64,000 nucleotides of DNA from an uncultured Clostridia bacterium (lineage in GTDB: Bacteria; Bacillota; Clostridia; TANB77; CAG-508), in NCBI GenBank assembly GCA_944388605.1, contig CALXJJ010000002.1, forward strand, positions 17,274 through 81,273, written 5' to 3'. This document shows, in pieces, positions 63,809 to 64,000 of the stretch. A program made the translations under genes and the position numbers. How positions within the stretch are numbered: the first letter of the stretch is position 1; each line of letters opens with the position of its first letter. The notes under the pieces are model-generated. The model made no database searches and had not been told where the DNA came from. It was given only the letters and a program-made list of their open reading frames with translations.

Positions 63809-64000
63809 TCGTAAATTTTAGAGAAAATATAATAAGAAAATTAAATAGAATAAATAAAAAGCATAGGTTATATAGAAAAATAGATTTGCAGTTTTTCTGT
63901 ATAGGCTATGCTTTTGATACGTCATAGTTACCGCAAGGCAAAGAATTGACTAAATAAATATATGAGAGGAGAATGTTAGTGAAAGTTAAATTAAAGCAAA

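Noticed and set aside
63979-64000. Possible gene start at the window end (GTG after GAGAGGAG), and an open frame ending at TGA 53-55 at the window start.
   Set aside because: Both are too short (7 and 17 codons in the window) to support any call.

Overview
This is a 64-kb chromosomal core segment from a very AT-rich Firmicute (by eye under 30% GC). It looks like a spore-forming member of the Clostridia: spoVB, ylbJ, a PdaB-like deacetylase, RNase J, CIRCE/HrcA and MurT-GatD are all present. About 55 genes are mostly housekeeping: GH15 hydrolase, rnj, gltX, engB, serS, dnaE, feoAB, dut, carD, dnaG-rpoD, one tRNA-Met, ylbJ, murT-gatD, tcdA, ruvA, rarA, deoD, groESL, efp, hemW-hrcA-grpE-dnaK-dnaJ, spoVB and a fabH-fabD-fabG / fabF-accB-fabZ-accC-accD-accA-fabI cluster. 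I found no rRNA, CRISPR array, transposase, integrase or phage genes. Five things are worth a second look. (1) Four conserved genes (dnaE, feoB, an M23 peptidase, accA) are each split by one frameshift. In all four the break is an in-frame CGG codon, and skipping the C to read GGN (Gly) restores the conserved protein. This is either a systematic assembly artefact or +1 recoding at a rare CGG codon. (2) Two families of about 160-bp multi-hairpin intergenic repeats occur in at least 10 full or partial copies, sometimes fused to each other. (3) Several GC-richer orphan genes carry their own consensus promoter, strong SD and hairpin terminator. One is a 289-aa ORF inserted between fabG and fabF, and most sit next to the repeats. 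(4) An identical 24-nt operator-like site overlaps the -35 boxes of fabH and fabF. (5) There are several long perfect palindromes and a 127-bp element with terminal inverted repeats (TIRs) where ruvB would normally follow ruvA. All homology calls come from motif recognition by eye; no searches were run.
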